NCBI GenBank assembly: GCA_965140705.1
Contig: OZ223300.1
Coordinates: forward strand, 640,001 to 704,000
From: an uncultured Arcobacter sp.
GTDB lineage: Bacteria; Campylobacterota; Campylobacteria; Campylobacterales; Arcobacteraceae
Length of the DNA: 64,000 nt
Direction: 5' to 3'
The notes beneath the pieces are model-generated. The model was not told where the DNA came from. It searched no databases and saw only the letters and a list, made by a program, of their open reading frames with translations. This document shows positions 28,344 through 39,386 of the stretch, in pieces (positions within the stretch are counted from its first letter, which is position 1; each line of letters opens with the position of its first letter). The position numbers and the translations under genes were made by a program.

Positions 28344-29741
28344 TTAACTAGCTAACCAATGTGGTATAATAAGTACTATCCATGGGAGAGATATAAGCAC
28401 TCCTATTCTTATTATTTCTGCTCCAAAGAAAGGCATTACCCCTTTAAATGTCTCTAACATTGGAACATTTTTAGCTATTTTTGATATTATAAATACATTC
28501 AGTCCTACTGGAGGAGTTATTAATCCTAACTCAACAGAAATAAGGGCTAAAACCCCGAACCAAATTTTTAAATCATCATTATTCATACCGAATCCAGCTT
28601 GTGCAGCAGTTACATAATCTCCCCCATTAATGCTTGTAAGCACAGGCCAAATAAATGGAATTACTACAAGAATCATTGCCATTGAATCCATAAAAAAACC
28701 AAGAATTATGAATATTGCTAATATAGCAATAAGTACAATCCATGGACTAACTTGAAGTGTCACTGCCCATTCAGCCATTGCTTGCGGAAGACCAGATCTA
28801 CTAAAAAAACCTTTTAAAACTTCAGCACCAAATAAAATGAAATAAATCATTGCACTTGCTGTTGCAGTTTCAACTAAACTATCTTTTAATCTTTTTAAGG
28901 TTAGGCCTTCCCCTTTGCCTTTTATTATTCTTAAAAAAATGCCATAAAGCCCAATGATGAAAACACCTGCAGCTGCAGCTGGTGTTGGTGTGAATAATCC
29001 AAGACCAAGGCCAAGAATAATTGAACCGAAAGTCAAAATGACTGGAATTAATCTTAATAATGCTTTATTTCTTTCCTCCTTACTTAGTGGTTTAGATGCT
29101 GGTGCAAGTTCAGGTTTTAGCCGTACTTGTATCATTATTACTAGAATAAAAAATAGTACAGCAATAAAACCAGGAAGTATTGCAGCTTGGAACATCTCAA
29201 TTATTGATGATTGAACAACAATAGAGTATAAAACAAGTGCGATTGAAGGGGGAATTAATATTCCTAATGTTCCTCCAGCAGCAAGTGTTCCAGTTGAAAG
29301 TCTTTGAGAATACCCCAATTTATCCAATTCAGGTAGGGCAATTTTTCCCATAGTAGAAGCTGTTGCTAATGAAGAACCAGAAACTGCTCCAAAACCTGCA
29401 CAAGCTGCAATTGCAGTTATTGTTACACCACCTTTAAATCTTCCTAAGATAGCATTCATTCCTTGGAATAAATCCTGTGCTAACTTAGTATGACTTGCTA
29501 AATATCCCATTAGAATAAATAATGGAATAACAGAAAGTTCATAATTTGCTAAGTTCTCCCATAATAGGCTTTTGTATTGCATGATATATGGTATAAATCT
29601 AATATAATTAAAGTATAAAGAGAGGAAAAATGTTCCAACAATTCCTACAAATACCATGGCAAAAGCAACTCTAGCTTTTAATAGTAGTAATACAAAGAAT
29701 ACTACCATTCCTAATAGTCCAATTAATTCTCTTTCACCCAT
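28344..29741 (-). CDS. dctM: TRAP transporter large permease
   Basis: IPLFILMG, GAVSGSSLATA, GTLGILIPPS, FTPTPAAA, LITPPVGLNVF. Confidence 0.92.
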   Translation of the reverse strand: MGERELIGLLGMVVFFVLLLLKARVAFAMVFVGIVGTFFLSLYFNYIRFIPYIMQYKSLLWENLANYELSVIPLFILMGYLASHTKLAQDLFQGMNAILGRFKGGVTITAIAACAGFGAVSGSSLATASTMGKIALPELDKLGYSQRLSTGTLAAGGTLGILIPPSIALVLYSIVVQSSIIEMFQAAILPGFIAVLFFILVIMIQVRLKPELAPASKPLSKEERNKALLRLIPVILTFGSIILGLGLGLFTPTPAAAAGVFIIGLYGIFLRIIKGKGEGLTLKRLKDSLVETATASAMIYFILFGAEVLKGFFSRSGLPQAMAEWAVTLQVSPWIVLIAILAIFIILGFFMDSMAMILVVIPFIWPVLTSINGGDYVTAAQAGFGMNNDDLKIWFGVLALISVELGLITPPVGLNVFIISKIAKNVPMLETFKGVMPFFGAEIIRIGVLISLPWIVLIIPHWLAS

Positions 29742-30240
29742 TTAATTTCTCCCCCTTTGTAATAAATATTTGATAAATTAATACAATTGTCCACATAACA
29801 AGGGAAATAATTCCAGGAATATAAAAAGGCCATTCTTTCCAACCAAGAATACTTGATAAAGAACCATCACTCTTTGACTCAAGTAGTCCAAAAAACATAA
29901 GAATTCCAAGAAAAATTACTAAAATTAAAGTACAAAATAACCATAAAATATCTAATCTTGTTTGCCATTTTTCAGAAAATTTTGCTGCTAAAAAATCTAC
30001 TGCAACATGTCCTCTTTCTGTTTGAGCCCAAGGAAAAAACATTAAGGCAATACAACTAACAAGAAGTCTTACAAGGTCTTCATATCCAGATAAAGCTCCA
30101 ACATCAGAATTAAATATTCTTGCAACCTTGTCTAATCCAAAAGCAATAATATTTATACTAGTCGTAAGTACAATAACCAGTAAAAGAATACCTGCAAGAT
30201 AAACCCACCATAAACAAGTTTTTTTAATTAGAGCTTCCAT
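29734..30240 (-). CDS. dctQ: TRAP transporter small permease (start 30240; alternative 30264)
   Basis: Four TM segments, GYEDLV, RGHVAVDF; lies between dctP and dctM. Confidence 0.88.
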   Translation of the reverse strand: MEALIKKTCLWWVYLAGILLLVIVLTTSINIIAFGLDKVARIFNSDVGALSGYEDLVRLLVSCIALMFFPWAQTERGHVAVDFLAAKFSEKWQTRLDILWLFCTLILVIFLGILMFFGLLESKSDGSLSSILGWKEWPFYIPGIISLVMWTIVLIYQIFITKGEKLNG

Positions 30241-31294
30241 TATTAACCTTATATATTTTCTCATTTTCTCTTATAGCTTTTCTTGCTGTATCTACAAGTT
30301 TTTTACCATCAATTCCTTTTTTATTTGCTTCTTTTATCCATTTTTTAACTACTTGTTCACCTGCTTTATTAAATCCTTCCATAGCTTTATCTGTTAATTT
30401 TATAACTTCTCCACCTTCTGATTCTTCTTGTAGTTTTATACCAGGCTTTTCAACATCCATCCAGATTTGACCAACTTTTTTTACTTCATCCATATCTACA
30501 CTAGTTGAAATAATTTTTTGTAAATCTTTTGGAAGTGAGTTAAATCTATCTTTATTCATTAATAACATGAATACTGATGTTCCAAATCTTTCTCCATTTT
30601 TACCTTCAGTTGAATATTTTGTTAATTGATAAAGTTTATATGGAGGAAAAACTTCAAAAGGAACTAAGGCACCATCTATTGCATTTTTTGATAAAGCTTG
30701 AGGTAGTGTTGGTAATGGCATACCAACTGGTTCTGCACCTAATGCTTCTATTAACCAACCACCACTTCGTGATGGAGTTCTTAATTTTAAACCTTTTAAA
30801 TCAGAAACTTGTTCTACTTTTTTATTTACAGTATGAATTGCATTTCCAGCCGCAACATGTATTAATAATGGTTTAACATCTTTAAAGTCATCTTTTATTA
30901 GATTCATATTTTGTCTAATAGCAATTGTTGTAGCTAATGCATTACCACTATGAACAGTTGGTAATTCATAAACTTCTGTACGAGGGAACACTCCTGGTGT
31001 ATATCCTGCAACTGTCCATACTATATCCGCAGAGCCATCTCTTACTTGTTTATAAAGTTCATTTGGTTTTCCTCCCATAGTCATAGAAGGATATATATCT
31101 ATTTTTATTCTTCCTTTTGAAGCTTTTTCAATCTTCTTAGCCCATGGAATAAGAAATTTAGTTTGAAGAGCTGAATTTGGACTCAAAAAATGATGAACTG
31201 TAATTACTTCTACCTTATCTTTTCCCCATAAAGAATTTGTTATAAGTAATAAACTTGCGGTAAAAATCGCACCCTTTTGTAGTAATTTTTTCAT
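30224..31294 (-). CDS. dctP: TRAP substrate-binding protein, paralog 4 (adjacent to dctQM)
   Basis: DctP motifs as above; first gene of dctPQM. Confidence 0.9.
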   Translation of the reverse strand: MKKLLQKGAIFTASLLLITNSLWGKDKVEVITVHHFLSPNSALQTKFLIPWAKKIEKASKGRIKIDIYPSMTMGGKPNELYKQVRDGSADIVWTVAGYTPGVFPRTEVYELPTVHSGNALATTIAIRQNMNLIKDDFKDVKPLLIHVAAGNAIHTVNKKVEQVSDLKGLKLRTPSRSGGWLIEALGAEPVGMPLPTLPQALSKNAIDGALVPFEVFPPYKLYQLTKYSTEGKNGERFGTSVFMLLMNKDRFNSLPKDLQKIISTSVDMDEVKKVGQIWMDVEKPGIKLQEESEGGEVIKLTDKAMEGFNKAGEQVVKKWIKEANKKGIDGKKLVDTARKAIRENEKIYKVNNGSSN

Positions 31295-31324
31295 AAATAT
31301 TCCCCCTTTGTATTTATTTAAATC

Positions 31325-32266
31325 TTATGTTAAAAGTTTCTTTTCTAATGCATCAAGTACTTTCATTGCTGCTAATGCTTGTTTTACACTAGCATTTGGC
31401 TCTCTTTTTTCTTTTATTGCAGAGATAAATTCTCTATCTTGTAGTTCAATACCATTCATTGATACTGCTACTTTAGATACATCAATTTGTTCTTCTTTAC
31501 CCGTAAATAAATCATCATATCTAGCTATATATGTGCCATTGTCACAGATATATCTAAAAAATGTACCCAATGGTCCATCATTATTAAAAGATAAAGATAA
31601 AGTACAAAGCTTTCCACTTGGTGTTTTAAGTCCAATACTCATATCAAGTGCAATTCCAAGTTCTGGATGAATAGGTCCTTGCATAGCTTGAACTTCTGAA
31701 ATCTCTTCACCTGTTTGATAAGCAAATAAATCTACTGTATGACAAGCGTGATGCCATAAAAGATGATCAGTCCAACTTCGTGGTTCCCCTAGAGCATTTG
31801 TATTTGTTCTTCTAAAAAAGTAAGTTTGTACGTCCATTTGTTGGATATTTAACTCACCAGCTGTTATTTTATTATGAATATATTGGTGTGATGGATTAAA
31901 TCTTCTTGTATGACCAGCCATTGCTACAAGCCCAGTTTTATTTTGAACATTGACAATTGCTTGTGCGTCTTCCAAAGAGTCAGCCATAGGTATTTCTATC
32001 ATTACATGTTTACCTGCATTCATTAGAGTTATTGCTTGCTCTGCATGGATTTGGGTAGGACTTGTAATGATTGCAGCATCAAAATCATATTTTAAAGCAT
32101 CTTCTAAAGTTAATGTATAGTTTGGAACATTAAATTGTTCAGCTACTTTTTTAGTACCTTCTTCTCTTCTTCCAACTAAGCACACAACTTCAACATCATC
32201 TATGTTTGAAAGTGCATCAAGGTGTTTTTTACCAAAAGCACCATTTCCTATTACGCAAATTTTCAT
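31325..32266 (-). CDS. ligC: 4-carboxy-2-hydroxymuconate-6-semialdehyde dehydrogenase
   Basis: GAFGKKHLD, PTQIHAEQ, GKHVMIEIPMAD, GHTRRFNPSHQ, YFFRRTN, RSWTDHLLWHHACHTVDLF, NGIELQDREF. Confidence 0.93.
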   Translation of the reverse strand: MKICVIGNGAFGKKHLDALSNIDDVEVVCLVGRREEGTKKVAEQFNVPNYTLTLEDALKYDFDAAIITSPTQIHAEQAITLMNAGKHVMIEIPMADSLEDAQAIVNVQNKTGLVAMAGHTRRFNPSHQYIHNKITAGELNIQQMDVQTYFFRRTNTNALGEPRSWTDHLLWHHACHTVDLFAYQTGEEISEVQAMQGPIHPELGIALDMSIGLKTPSGKLCTLSLSFNNDGPLGTFFRYICDNGTYIARYDDLFTGKEEQIDVSKVAVSMNGIELQDREFISAIKEKREPNASVKQALAAMKVLDALEKKLLT

Positions 32267-32279
32267 TTTAGATTCTCCT

Positions 32280-33125
32280 TTACTTTTTATTTTCTAATAT
32301 AGTCAAGGTATAATTAGTATTAGAAATTGGACAATGCATAAATCTATAGACTTCATTTACTTCTTTATCCATAGCACCTCTCATTGTCAACCACATAATT
32401 GCTTCTGCACCTTCTGAACCAGTTTCTCTAATAAGTTCAGTTGTTGAAATATCTTTAATACTTTCAGGATCTTTTACTAAGCTATTTAACCAGTTAGTAT
32501 CATAATCAACATTGATTAATCCAGCTCTTGGACCTTGCAATTGATGAGAAAGTCCACCTGTTCCTACTACAACAACTTTTGTATCTTCTGGAAATGATTC
32601 AACAGCTTCTTTTATAGCTTTACCTAAGTTGTAACATCTATTACCTTTTGGCTGAGGATATTGAACAACTCCCACATATAATGGAATAAATTGACAAGGC
32701 CACTCTTTGCAATCTTCCCCAAACATGATTGAAAGGGGTACTGTTACTCCATGATCAACATCTAATTCAAAAGAAAATGCAACATCAAATTCCTTTTCAT
32801 TAAAATGCTCTGCTATATGAGCAGAAAGTGCTGGATGTCCTTTCAATGTAGGAACTGGTCTTCTACCATATCCTTCATCTGCTGGTAAATATTCTTCAGC
32901 CATACCAATACCAAAAGGAATAACATTTTTTAAAGAAAAATTTGAGCCATGATCGTTATAAACAACAATGCAAACGTCAGGTTTATTCTCTTTCATCCAT
33001 TGTCTAACAGGTTTGATTCCTTCGTTAAATGGTTCCCAATATGGTCCAACATTTGTTTTTGAATCAAATACATGCATGATTGTTGGTATGTGTGAGGTAC
33101 CAATTCCTCCAATAATCTTACCCAT
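32280..33125 (-). CDS. ligB: Protocatechuate 4,5-dioxygenase beta subunit (probable start at 33125, MGKIIGG)
   Basis: TSHIP, VYNDH, PADEGYG, VDHGVTVPL, GTGGLSHQLQGPRAGLIN, GSEGAE. Confidence 0.93.
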   Translation of the reverse strand: MGKIIGGIGTSHIPTIMHVFDSKTNVGPYWEPFNEGIKPVRQWMKENKPDVCIVVYNDHGSNFSLKNVIPFGIGMAEEYLPADEGYGRRPVPTLKGHPALSAHIAEHFNEKEFDVAFSFELDVDHGVTVPLSIMFGEDCKEWPCQFIPLYVGVVQYPQPKGNRCYNLGKAIKEAVESFPEDTKVVVVGTGGLSHQLQGPRAGLINVDYDTNWLNSLVKDPESIKDISTTELIRETGSEGAEAIMWLTMRGAMDKEVNEVYRFMHCPISNTNYTLTILENKK

Positions 33126-33537
33126 TTTTTTTCTCCTTATTTTCTTTAATACTTCTATTACCTTCAATAGAACGGCCACCATTTATCATCATTTGTTGAA
33201 ACTCTTCTGTTGTCATTCCATTGTCAGACATCATCGCTCCAGCTTGTTGCATATGAAGACCAAGTGTTGCAGCAATTTTCCATAGGTAATAAATATTTCC
33301 ACCTAATTCAAGCAGATAGTTTAAATCCCTTCTTCTAATACCATCTTTCATCTCTTCAGTTAATTTTGGAAACTCATTCATATAAGCATCTTCATCTGCT
33401 AAGAATTTTTTTCTTGCTTCTTCTTTATTTAAAGTGTCACAAAATTTATTTAATTCATAACCTTTTTGACAAGTTTGTAAATCAAAAACTATAGTTCCTG
33501 GAATATCTTTGTAATCTCTATCTTCATACGCACCCAT
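33118..33537 (-). CDS. ligA: Protocatechuate 4,5-dioxygenase alpha subunit
   Basis: DIPGTIVFD, KGYELNKFC, GGNIYYL.KIAAT, MMINGGRS. Confidence 0.92.
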   Translation of the reverse strand: MGAYEDRDYKDIPGTIVFDLQTCQKGYELNKFCDTLNKEEARKKFLADEDAYMNEFPKLTEEMKDGIRRRDLNYLLELGGNIYYLWKIAATLGLHMQQAGAMMSDNGMTTEEFQQMMINGGRSIEGNRSIKENKEKKNG

Positions 33538-33547
33538 TGTTATCTCC

Positions 33548-34582
33548 TTAGTTATAGTATTTTTCTATATGTTGATTAATTCTTGGAAAAACAGTTTTAA
33601 TGTTATCTTCAAAAATCATCTTTTTCTTTTCTTCACTTATTTTAGAACCATCTATATATCTTTTTGTATCATCAAAATAATGACCTGTTAATGGATCAAT
33701 TCCCCTTACTGCTCCAATCATCTCTGATGCAAAAAGTATATTTTGTGTTGGAACTAATTCTAACAATAAATCAATCCCCTCTTGGTGATAAACACAAGTA
33801 TCAAAATAAATATTATTTTCAATAATATTATTGATATTATCAAGATCTAGCATATCAGCTAAGCCTCTATATCTTCCCCAGTGATAAGGCACTGCTCCAC
33901 CACCATGGGGAATAATAAATCTAAGATTTGGAAAATCTTTAAATAGTGTTTTGCTCATAAATAATTGAGTAAATGCTGTAGTATCTGCACCTAAATAGTA
34001 TGATGAAGTTGCATGAAATGTATGATTGCAACAACCACTTACATGAATCATGCAAGGTACATCAAGTTCAACCATTTTTTCATATAAAGGATACCAATAT
34101 TTATCATCTAAAGGTGGGGCATCATTAAAATAACCTCCCGATGGATCAGGATTTAAATTACATCCAATAAAGCCCAATTCATTTACACATCTCTCAAGTT
34201 CTTTAATACTAGCTTCTAATCCTTCCCCTTGAGATTGGGGTAATTGTGCAACACCAACAAAATTTTTAGGAAATAAACCAACAATTCTTCCAATTAAATC
34301 ATTACAATGTTCAGTCCAAGCGATGCTTGTACTTAAATTACCAACATGGTGTTCCATTCTACTAGCTCGTGGAGAAAAAATAGTTAAATCTGTTCCTCTT
34401 TCTTCTTGTAGTTTTAATTGATTATTTACGATACTCTCTCTTAGTTGTTCATCAGTAATATTTATTTCACCCTTTAAATGTTGAATTAGAGGGTTCTCTT
34501 TTAACTCTTTTTTTTGATTATCTCTATAATCAGTTAGTTCTTGTGGAGCTGTTGTATAATGTCCATGGCAATCAATAATCAT
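33548..34582 (-). CDS. ligJ: 4-oxalomesaconate hydratase (amidohydrolase superfamily)
   Basis: MIIDCHGHYTTAP, IFSPRAS, NLNPDPSGG, IPHGGGAVPYHWGRYRG, FDTCVYHQ, FASEMIGAVRGIDP. Confidence 0.93.
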   Translation of the reverse strand: MIIDCHGHYTTAPQELTDYRDNQKKELKENPLIQHLKGEINITDEQLRESIVNNQLKLQEERGTDLTIFSPRASRMEHHVGNLSTSIAWTEHCNDLIGRIVGLFPKNFVGVAQLPQSQGEGLEASIKELERCVNELGFIGCNLNPDPSGGYFNDAPPLDDKYWYPLYEKMVELDVPCMIHVSGCCNHTFHATSSYYLGADTTAFTQLFMSKTLFKDFPNLRFIIPHGGGAVPYHWGRYRGLADMLDLDNINNIIENNIYFDTCVYHQEGIDLLLELVPTQNILFASEMIGAVRGIDPLTGHYFDDTKRYIDGSKISEEKKKMIFEDNIKTVFPRINQHIEKYYN

Positions 34583-34583
34583 C

Positions 34584-35303
34584 TTATAATCCTTTTTTTA
34601 AATCTTCTAAAGTATCAAAATATTTGAATCCAGCACTTTCAAGTCCTGGTCTCATTTTATAAAGGTCTAATCCTAAAACACCTGCTTCAAATTTAGCTCT
34701 TTTTTCACCTTCATAATCTTCTCTTTTTTGTGCTGCATCAGCTACAGTTTTTGCATTTTCTCTCTCAACTACACAAACTCCATCATCATCTGCAACAATA
34801 ATATCGCCAGGATTTATAATTTGTCCTGCACATATAATTGGTATATTTACAGAGCCAAGTGTATTTTTTACAGTTCCTTTTATGCTAACTGCTTTTGACC
34901 AAACTGGAAATCCCATCTCTTCTAAATCTTTAGTATCCCTTACTCCTCCATCAATAACAAGCCCTTTTACACCTTGTGCTATTGCTGAGGTTGCAAGTAA
35001 ATCACCAAAAAAGCCATCTGAATTTTCTGTTACACAAGTGGCAATAATTATATCACCTGGTCGTGATAATTCCATAGCAACATGTAACATCCAGTTATCA
35101 CCTGGCTGTAATAGAACTGTAATTGCACTTCCAGCAATTCTTGCTCCTTTATAAATAGGACGTAAATAAGGTTGTAAATTTCCAACTCTTTTTTGTGCTT
35201 CATGAACTGTTGCTGTCCCAAATTTTTCTAATCTATCTATTTCACTTTGTGGTGCTCTTTGTATATTTTTAATAGCTACACCTAATTGTTGTTCTTTTAA
35301 CAT
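34584..35303 (-). CDS. ligK: 4-carboxy-4-hydroxy-2-oxoadipate aldolase (probable start 35303)
   Basis: [56 protein letters not shown]. Confidence 0.92.
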   Translation of the reverse strand: MLKEQQLGVAIKNIQRAPQSEIDRLEKFGTATVHEAQKRVGNLQPYLRPIYKGARIAGSAITVLLQPGDNWMLHVAMELSRPGDIIIATCVTENSDGFFGDLLATSAIAQGVKGLVIDGGVRDTKDLEEMGFPVWSKAVSIKGTVKNTLGSVNIPIICAGQIINPGDIIVADDDGVCVVERENAKTVADAAQKREDYEGEKRAKFEAGVLGLDLYKMRPGLESAGFKYFDTLEDLKKGL

Positions 35304-35304
35304 C

Positions 35305-36177
35305 TTAATCCTCCCATCCGTATAATCTAGCTGGATTATCAACAAGAATTTTCTTTTGTAATATTGGATCTGGAACCATAAGCGAAAATAAATCTAAAAG
35401 ATCCGCATCATTTGGCATATACTTTTTGATATTTGGATGAGGACAATCTGTTCCCCATAAAATTCGATCAGGCGCAATTGAAACTAACTTTTGAGCATAT
35501 GGAATTGCATCGTAAAATGGAGGTTGAACTCCAATTCTTTCAGCTCCTGAGATTTTAACCCACCAGTTTGGTTTTTCCATAAATTTACATAAAATCTTAA
35601 ATGCTTCTTGTTCAACACCTTTACTAGTTGGGACTCTTCCCATATGATCAACAACAATTGTCATATCAAATTTTGCAAAGAAATTTTCATATTTGATAAT
35701 ATCTTCTGCATTTACATGAATTACTAAATGCCATCCATATGGGATTACTTTTTTTATAACTCTTTCCATCATTTCTAAATCGGGAGCTCCACCTAAATGA
35801 GTAACAAAGTTAAATCTTATACCTCTAACACCATTATCATTTAAATATTTGAAATCTTCATCTGTAAATGAATCATCAGCCATACAAACACCCTTATATC
35901 TTTTTGGGTCATTTTTTATTGCATCTAACATTGCAGAATTATCTTTCCCATGACAAGAAGCTTGTACTAAAACAGCTCTTGTAATACCAATTTTATCGTG
36001 CATCTTTCTAAGTAGTGCTTCTGGCGTATCTGGTGGCCAATATGTTGCTTTTTCAGAATATGGGAACACATTATGTGGTCCAAATACATGACAGTGTGCA
36101 TCACATGCATTTTTCATAGCCTTATATACTGGTGTTTTAGTATTTCTATCTGGTGCCATACATGATTTCTTTTCCAA
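35305..36177 (-). CDS. ligI: 2-pyrone-4,6-dicarboxylate hydrolase
   Basis: [54 protein letters not shown]. Confidence 0.9.
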   Translation of the reverse strand: MEKKSCMAPDRNTKTPVYKAMKNACDAHCHVFGPHNVFPYSEKATYWPPDTPEALLRKMHDKIGITRAVLVQASCHGKDNSAMLDAIKNDPKRYKGVCMADDSFTDEDFKYLNDNGVRGIRFNFVTHLGGAPDLEMMERVIKKVIPYGWHLVIHVNAEDIIKYENFFAKFDMTIVVDHMGRVPTSKGVEQEAFKILCKFMEKPNWWVKISGAERIGVQPPFYDAIPYAQKLVSIAPDRILWGTDCPHPNIKKYMPNDADLLDLFSLMVPDPILQKKILVDNPARLYGWED

Positions 36178-36187
36178 AGTTTTTCCT

Positions 36188-37276
36188 TTATATTTGATTA
36201 ATTATTTCTTGGTGAGGATATGCCTCACCTTTGCTTATAAGTCTTGCTGTTCTTAAAAGACCAGCTTTTTTTATTACTAATTCATTATTTATATTTTCAC
36301 AAGTTAATTCAACAGAAAATTCACCACTAGGATGCTCTACTGAAATTTGGTTGACTAAACTTTTTTCTATAGTGCTAATTCCATTTGTTACACATTCATC
36401 ATATAAACAAGCACTAGCTACTGATACAGCACCTAGTACTCCTATTGCAGCATGGCAATTATGGGGTATAAAAGTTCTTGTACTAATATTTCCACCATTT
36501 TTTGCAGGTGATATTAAACTCATCTTAGGAACGACTTTATTTGTAACATCGCCTAAATTCATTAGTGGTCCTACTTTTAATCTGATTGCTTCAAGTTTTT
36601 CTTTAAAGTCTAAATCTTCACTGAGCTCTTCGCAAGTCTCATATCCTGTTTTACCTAATTCGCTTGCACTAATAAGTACAACAGGCATACCATTATCAAT
36701 ACATGTAACGTTAATCCCATTAATTACATCCTTTTTATTTCCTGTTGGAAATAAAGAACCACAGACAGAACCTGCAACATCCATATAATTACAAATTATA
36801 GGAGCAGACGTTCCAGGAACACCATCTATTCTTGCTTCACCTTCATAGGTTAATTTACCATCTGGTGTATGCATTACCAATTCACAAATGTTGTTACTAT
36901 TAATCATATTTACTTTTATAGAAGTTTTGTCAGCTTTCGTTTTTACCATACCTTTTTCAATTGCAAATGCACCAACTCCAGCAAGTATATTCCCACAGTT
37001 TGGAGAACTATCAACTCTGTTTTCACCAACAACAACTTGTATAAATAAATAATCAATATCAAATTCTTCATTTTCAGATTTATTGATGATTGCAACTTTA
37101 CTTGTAAGTGGGTTCGCTCCACCTAAACCATCAATTTGTCTTTTATCTCGCCCTACAATACTTAGTATAATTTCATCTCTAAGTTTTGTATCTTCAGGAA
37201 GATCTTTTTTATCAAAATAAATACCTTTTGAACTTCCACCTCTTATAATAAAGTATGGAATTGAAGAATATTTCAT
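36188..37276 (-). CDS. ligU: 4-oxalomesaconate tautomerase (PrpF/LigU/GalD family)
   Basis: RGGSSKG, RQIDGLGGANPLTSKVAI, NCGNILAGVG, ARIDGVPGT, IDNGMPVV, FIPHNCHAAIGV, EHPSG, LLRTAR. Confidence 0.9.
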   Translation of the reverse strand: MKYSSIPYFIIRGGSSKGIYFDKKDLPEDTKLRDEIILSIVGRDKRQIDGLGGANPLTSKVAIINKSENEEFDIDYLFIQVVVGENRVDSSPNCGNILAGVGAFAIEKGMVKTKADKTSIKVNMINSNNICELVMHTPDGKLTYEGEARIDGVPGTSAPIICNYMDVAGSVCGSLFPTGNKKDVINGINVTCIDNGMPVVLISASELGKTGYETCEELSEDLDFKEKLEAIRLKVGPLMNLGDVTNKVVPKMSLISPAKNGGNISTRTFIPHNCHAAIGVLGAVSVASACLYDECVTNGISTIEKSLVNQISVEHPSGEFSVELTCENINNELVIKKAGLLRTARLISKGEAYPHQEIINQI

Positions 37277-37294
37277 ATAACACCTTTCTAACTT

Positions 37295-37395
37295 CGAACA
37301 TTTGTACGAAAACTATAACAAGTCTAATTTTAAAGTTCGCTTAACGAACAAAAGTTCTTAAAAAGCTTAGAATAGCATTAAAATAGCATTTTTTT
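37295..37395 (-). promoter_or_regulatory. lig operon promoter with a PcaR/PcaU-like IclR operator
   Basis: CGAACATTTGTACG (37295-37308); -10 TATAGT (37312-37317); GTTCG-CTTAA-CGAAC palindrome (37335-37349); near-copy of 4892-4990. Confidence 0.7.
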
Positions 37396-37643
37396 ATGAC
37401 TATTCTGTTTTTATGGTGATAAAGGCTAAATGAAATAATTAATCAATATTTAAGTAAAAAAACAAATTTTATAATTCTTTTATTTTTTATAAAATTCTTA
37501 AACAAATTTTTGTTTTTTAAGAGAGAACTTATATGTTATAGAAGAGTGAAAATTAATAGACAATTTAATAGATTACCTTTTGTCTTTAGTTATTTATTTG
37601 ATATAATAATTTATAAATATATTTAATAAATAAAAGGAGTGAT

Positions 37644-38072
37644 ATGGAGTGTGAATTTCCAACTATTAATTCAAATAATGAAGAGATAAAAGAGATATTT
37701 AATAATACTAAAACGATAGCAATTGCAGGACTTTCTCCTGATACTACTAAAGCTAGTAATATGGTTGCTAGGTATTTACAAAATGCTGGTTTTAAAATAG
37801 TACCAATTTATCCAAAAGAAGAGACTATATTAGGTGAAAAGGTTTATAGAAGTTTAGAAGAGATACCTTTTAAAATAGATATGGTTGATATATTTAGAAA
37901 ACCAGCTGCAATAGCTTCTGTTGTAGATGCTTGTATAAAAAGAGGAGATATTGATACTGTATGGACTCAATTGGGGCTTGTAAATAATGAAGCTGCTAAA
38001 AAAGCAGAAGAATCAGGTATGAAAGTAGTACAAAATAAATGTACTAAAATAGAGCACGCGGCTCTGTTTTAA
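37644..38072 (+). CDS. CoA-binding protein (YccU family)
   Basis: KTIAIAGLS, ILGEKVYRSL, DMVDIFR, WTQLG, VVQNKC. Confidence 0.85.
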   Translation: MECEFPTINSNNEEIKEIFNNTKTIAIAGLSPDTTKASNMVARYLQNAGFKIVPIYPKEETILGEKVYRSLEEIPFKIDMVDIFRKPAAIASVVDACIKRGDIDTVWTQLGLVNNEAAKKAEESGMKVVQNKCTKIEHAALF

Positions 38073-39369
38073 GTTTAGTTAGATGTTTTAAGTGTGGATT
38101 GTTGAGCAATTCTATTGTTGCAACAGTTCCACTTTTACCATCTGTTCTATTTTTTAGGGTAATATTAGCACCTAAAGCATCCGCTGCATTTTTTGCTAAA
38201 AATAATCCAAGTCCTGCACCACTTTCTTCCCCAAATCGCTTAAATGGAGCAAATAAGTCCATAGATTCATCAATACCAATACCTTCATCAGTTATTGTTA
38301 ATACGGCTCTATCATTTATTCTATCTAGTACTATTGCTATACTTTTATCTACAGGAGTAAATTTAATTGCATTTTGCATAAAGTTTTGTAGTATTTGATT
38401 AAAAAGTGTTGGTTGAATAGAGGTGTAAAAATTATTTACGCTAGCATAGTATGTTATAGTGATTTTTTTCTCTGCACTTAACATTCTAAAATCATTTGCT
38501 TTTCTTTTCATATATTGGACTAAGTCTAACTCTTCTGCTTTTTCAAATTGAGCACCTTCTTGTCTTCCAATATCTAAAATAGAAGAAATCATTTTATTCA
38601 TATCATTTATCTGTTGTATATTTAATTTTAAAGTTTCTTGATATTTTTCTGGTTCTCTTTGTTTCATAAGTGTTACTTCATTTTTTAGTTTCATAACAGC
38701 AAGAGGAGTTTTAAGTTCGTGGGCAGCACCAACAAAAAGTTCTTTTTTAAACATAACAAAAGTTTGTATTCTATTTGTAAGTTTATTAATAGAATTTGCT
38801 AAAGGATGGAACTCTATTGGTAGTCCATTTTTATCTATCTTAGTTAAATAGTTTTCATTCATATTTGATAATTTATCAGTTATTTGAATAATAGGTTTTA
38901 GTAGAGTCTTAGATACTGTAAATGCATATAAAACAACCATAATCAATCCACCAATAGAAAGTAGTATTACATTGTTGAATATTTTATTAAGCATTGAAAT
39001 TGCGTAATCAACATTTTTTATTATTTTAATAAATTTGTGATTTTTAACATCAAATGGATATAAGATTTCAATATAATATTTATCATCTTGTCGATAATCT
39101 TTATATTTAACTTCTTTTAAATCATCAATAGTAACAATATCTACAATAATTCCAGAGTTTGTAATAATATTGAAGTTATCTTCTGTTTGTTCGTTATTGA
39201 CACTTATTTGATAGATGATTTTAGCATCATTGAAAAGACTCTCTTTGATACCTTCATAAATTGTAGCTTTTGTATAACCGTAAAATAAAAATGAAAGAGT
39301 GATTATAAAAAGTGAAGTAGCAATTATAAGTTTTTGATAAAATTGTTTATAAATGCTCTTGAAATTCAC
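38044..39369 (-). CDS. Sensor histidine kinase (CosS-like, adjacent to hsrA)
   Basis: Two TM segments, HAMP-like linker, AAHELKTPLA H-box, NFMQNAIKF, DEGIGI, GAGLGL. Confidence 0.9.
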   Translation of the reverse strand: MNFKSIYKQFYQKLIIATSLFIITLSFLFYGYTKATIYEGIKESLFNDAKIIYQISVNNEQTEDNFNIITNSGIIVDIVTIDDLKEVKYKDYRQDDKYYIEILYPFDVKNHKFIKIIKNVDYAISMLNKIFNNVILLSIGGLIMVVLYAFTVSKTLLKPIIQITDKLSNMNENYLTKIDKNGLPIEFHPLANSINKLTNRIQTFVMFKKELFVGAAHELKTPLAVMKLKNEVTLMKQREPEKYQETLKLNIQQINDMNKMISSILDIGRQEGAQFEKAEELDLVQYMKRKANDFRMLSAEKKITITYYASVNNFYTSIQPTLFNQILQNFMQNAIKFTPVDKSIAIVLDRINDRAVLTITDEGIGIDESMDLFAPFKRFGEESGAGLGLFLAKNAADALGANITLKNRTDGKSGTVATIELLNNPHLKHLTKLKTEPRALF

Positions 39370-39386
39370 TTTTTAAATCTTTTTAA

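Noticed and set aside
30224..30264. dctP C-terminal tail overlapping dctQ as a possible frameshift
   Set aside because: Both frames are intact; short overlaps are normal translational coupling
32280..35345. Long N-terminal extensions of ligB (33182) and ligK (35345) in the ORF track
   Set aside because: They overlap the upstream genes; ATGs at 33125 and 35303 have RBS-like sequences and match the family N-termini
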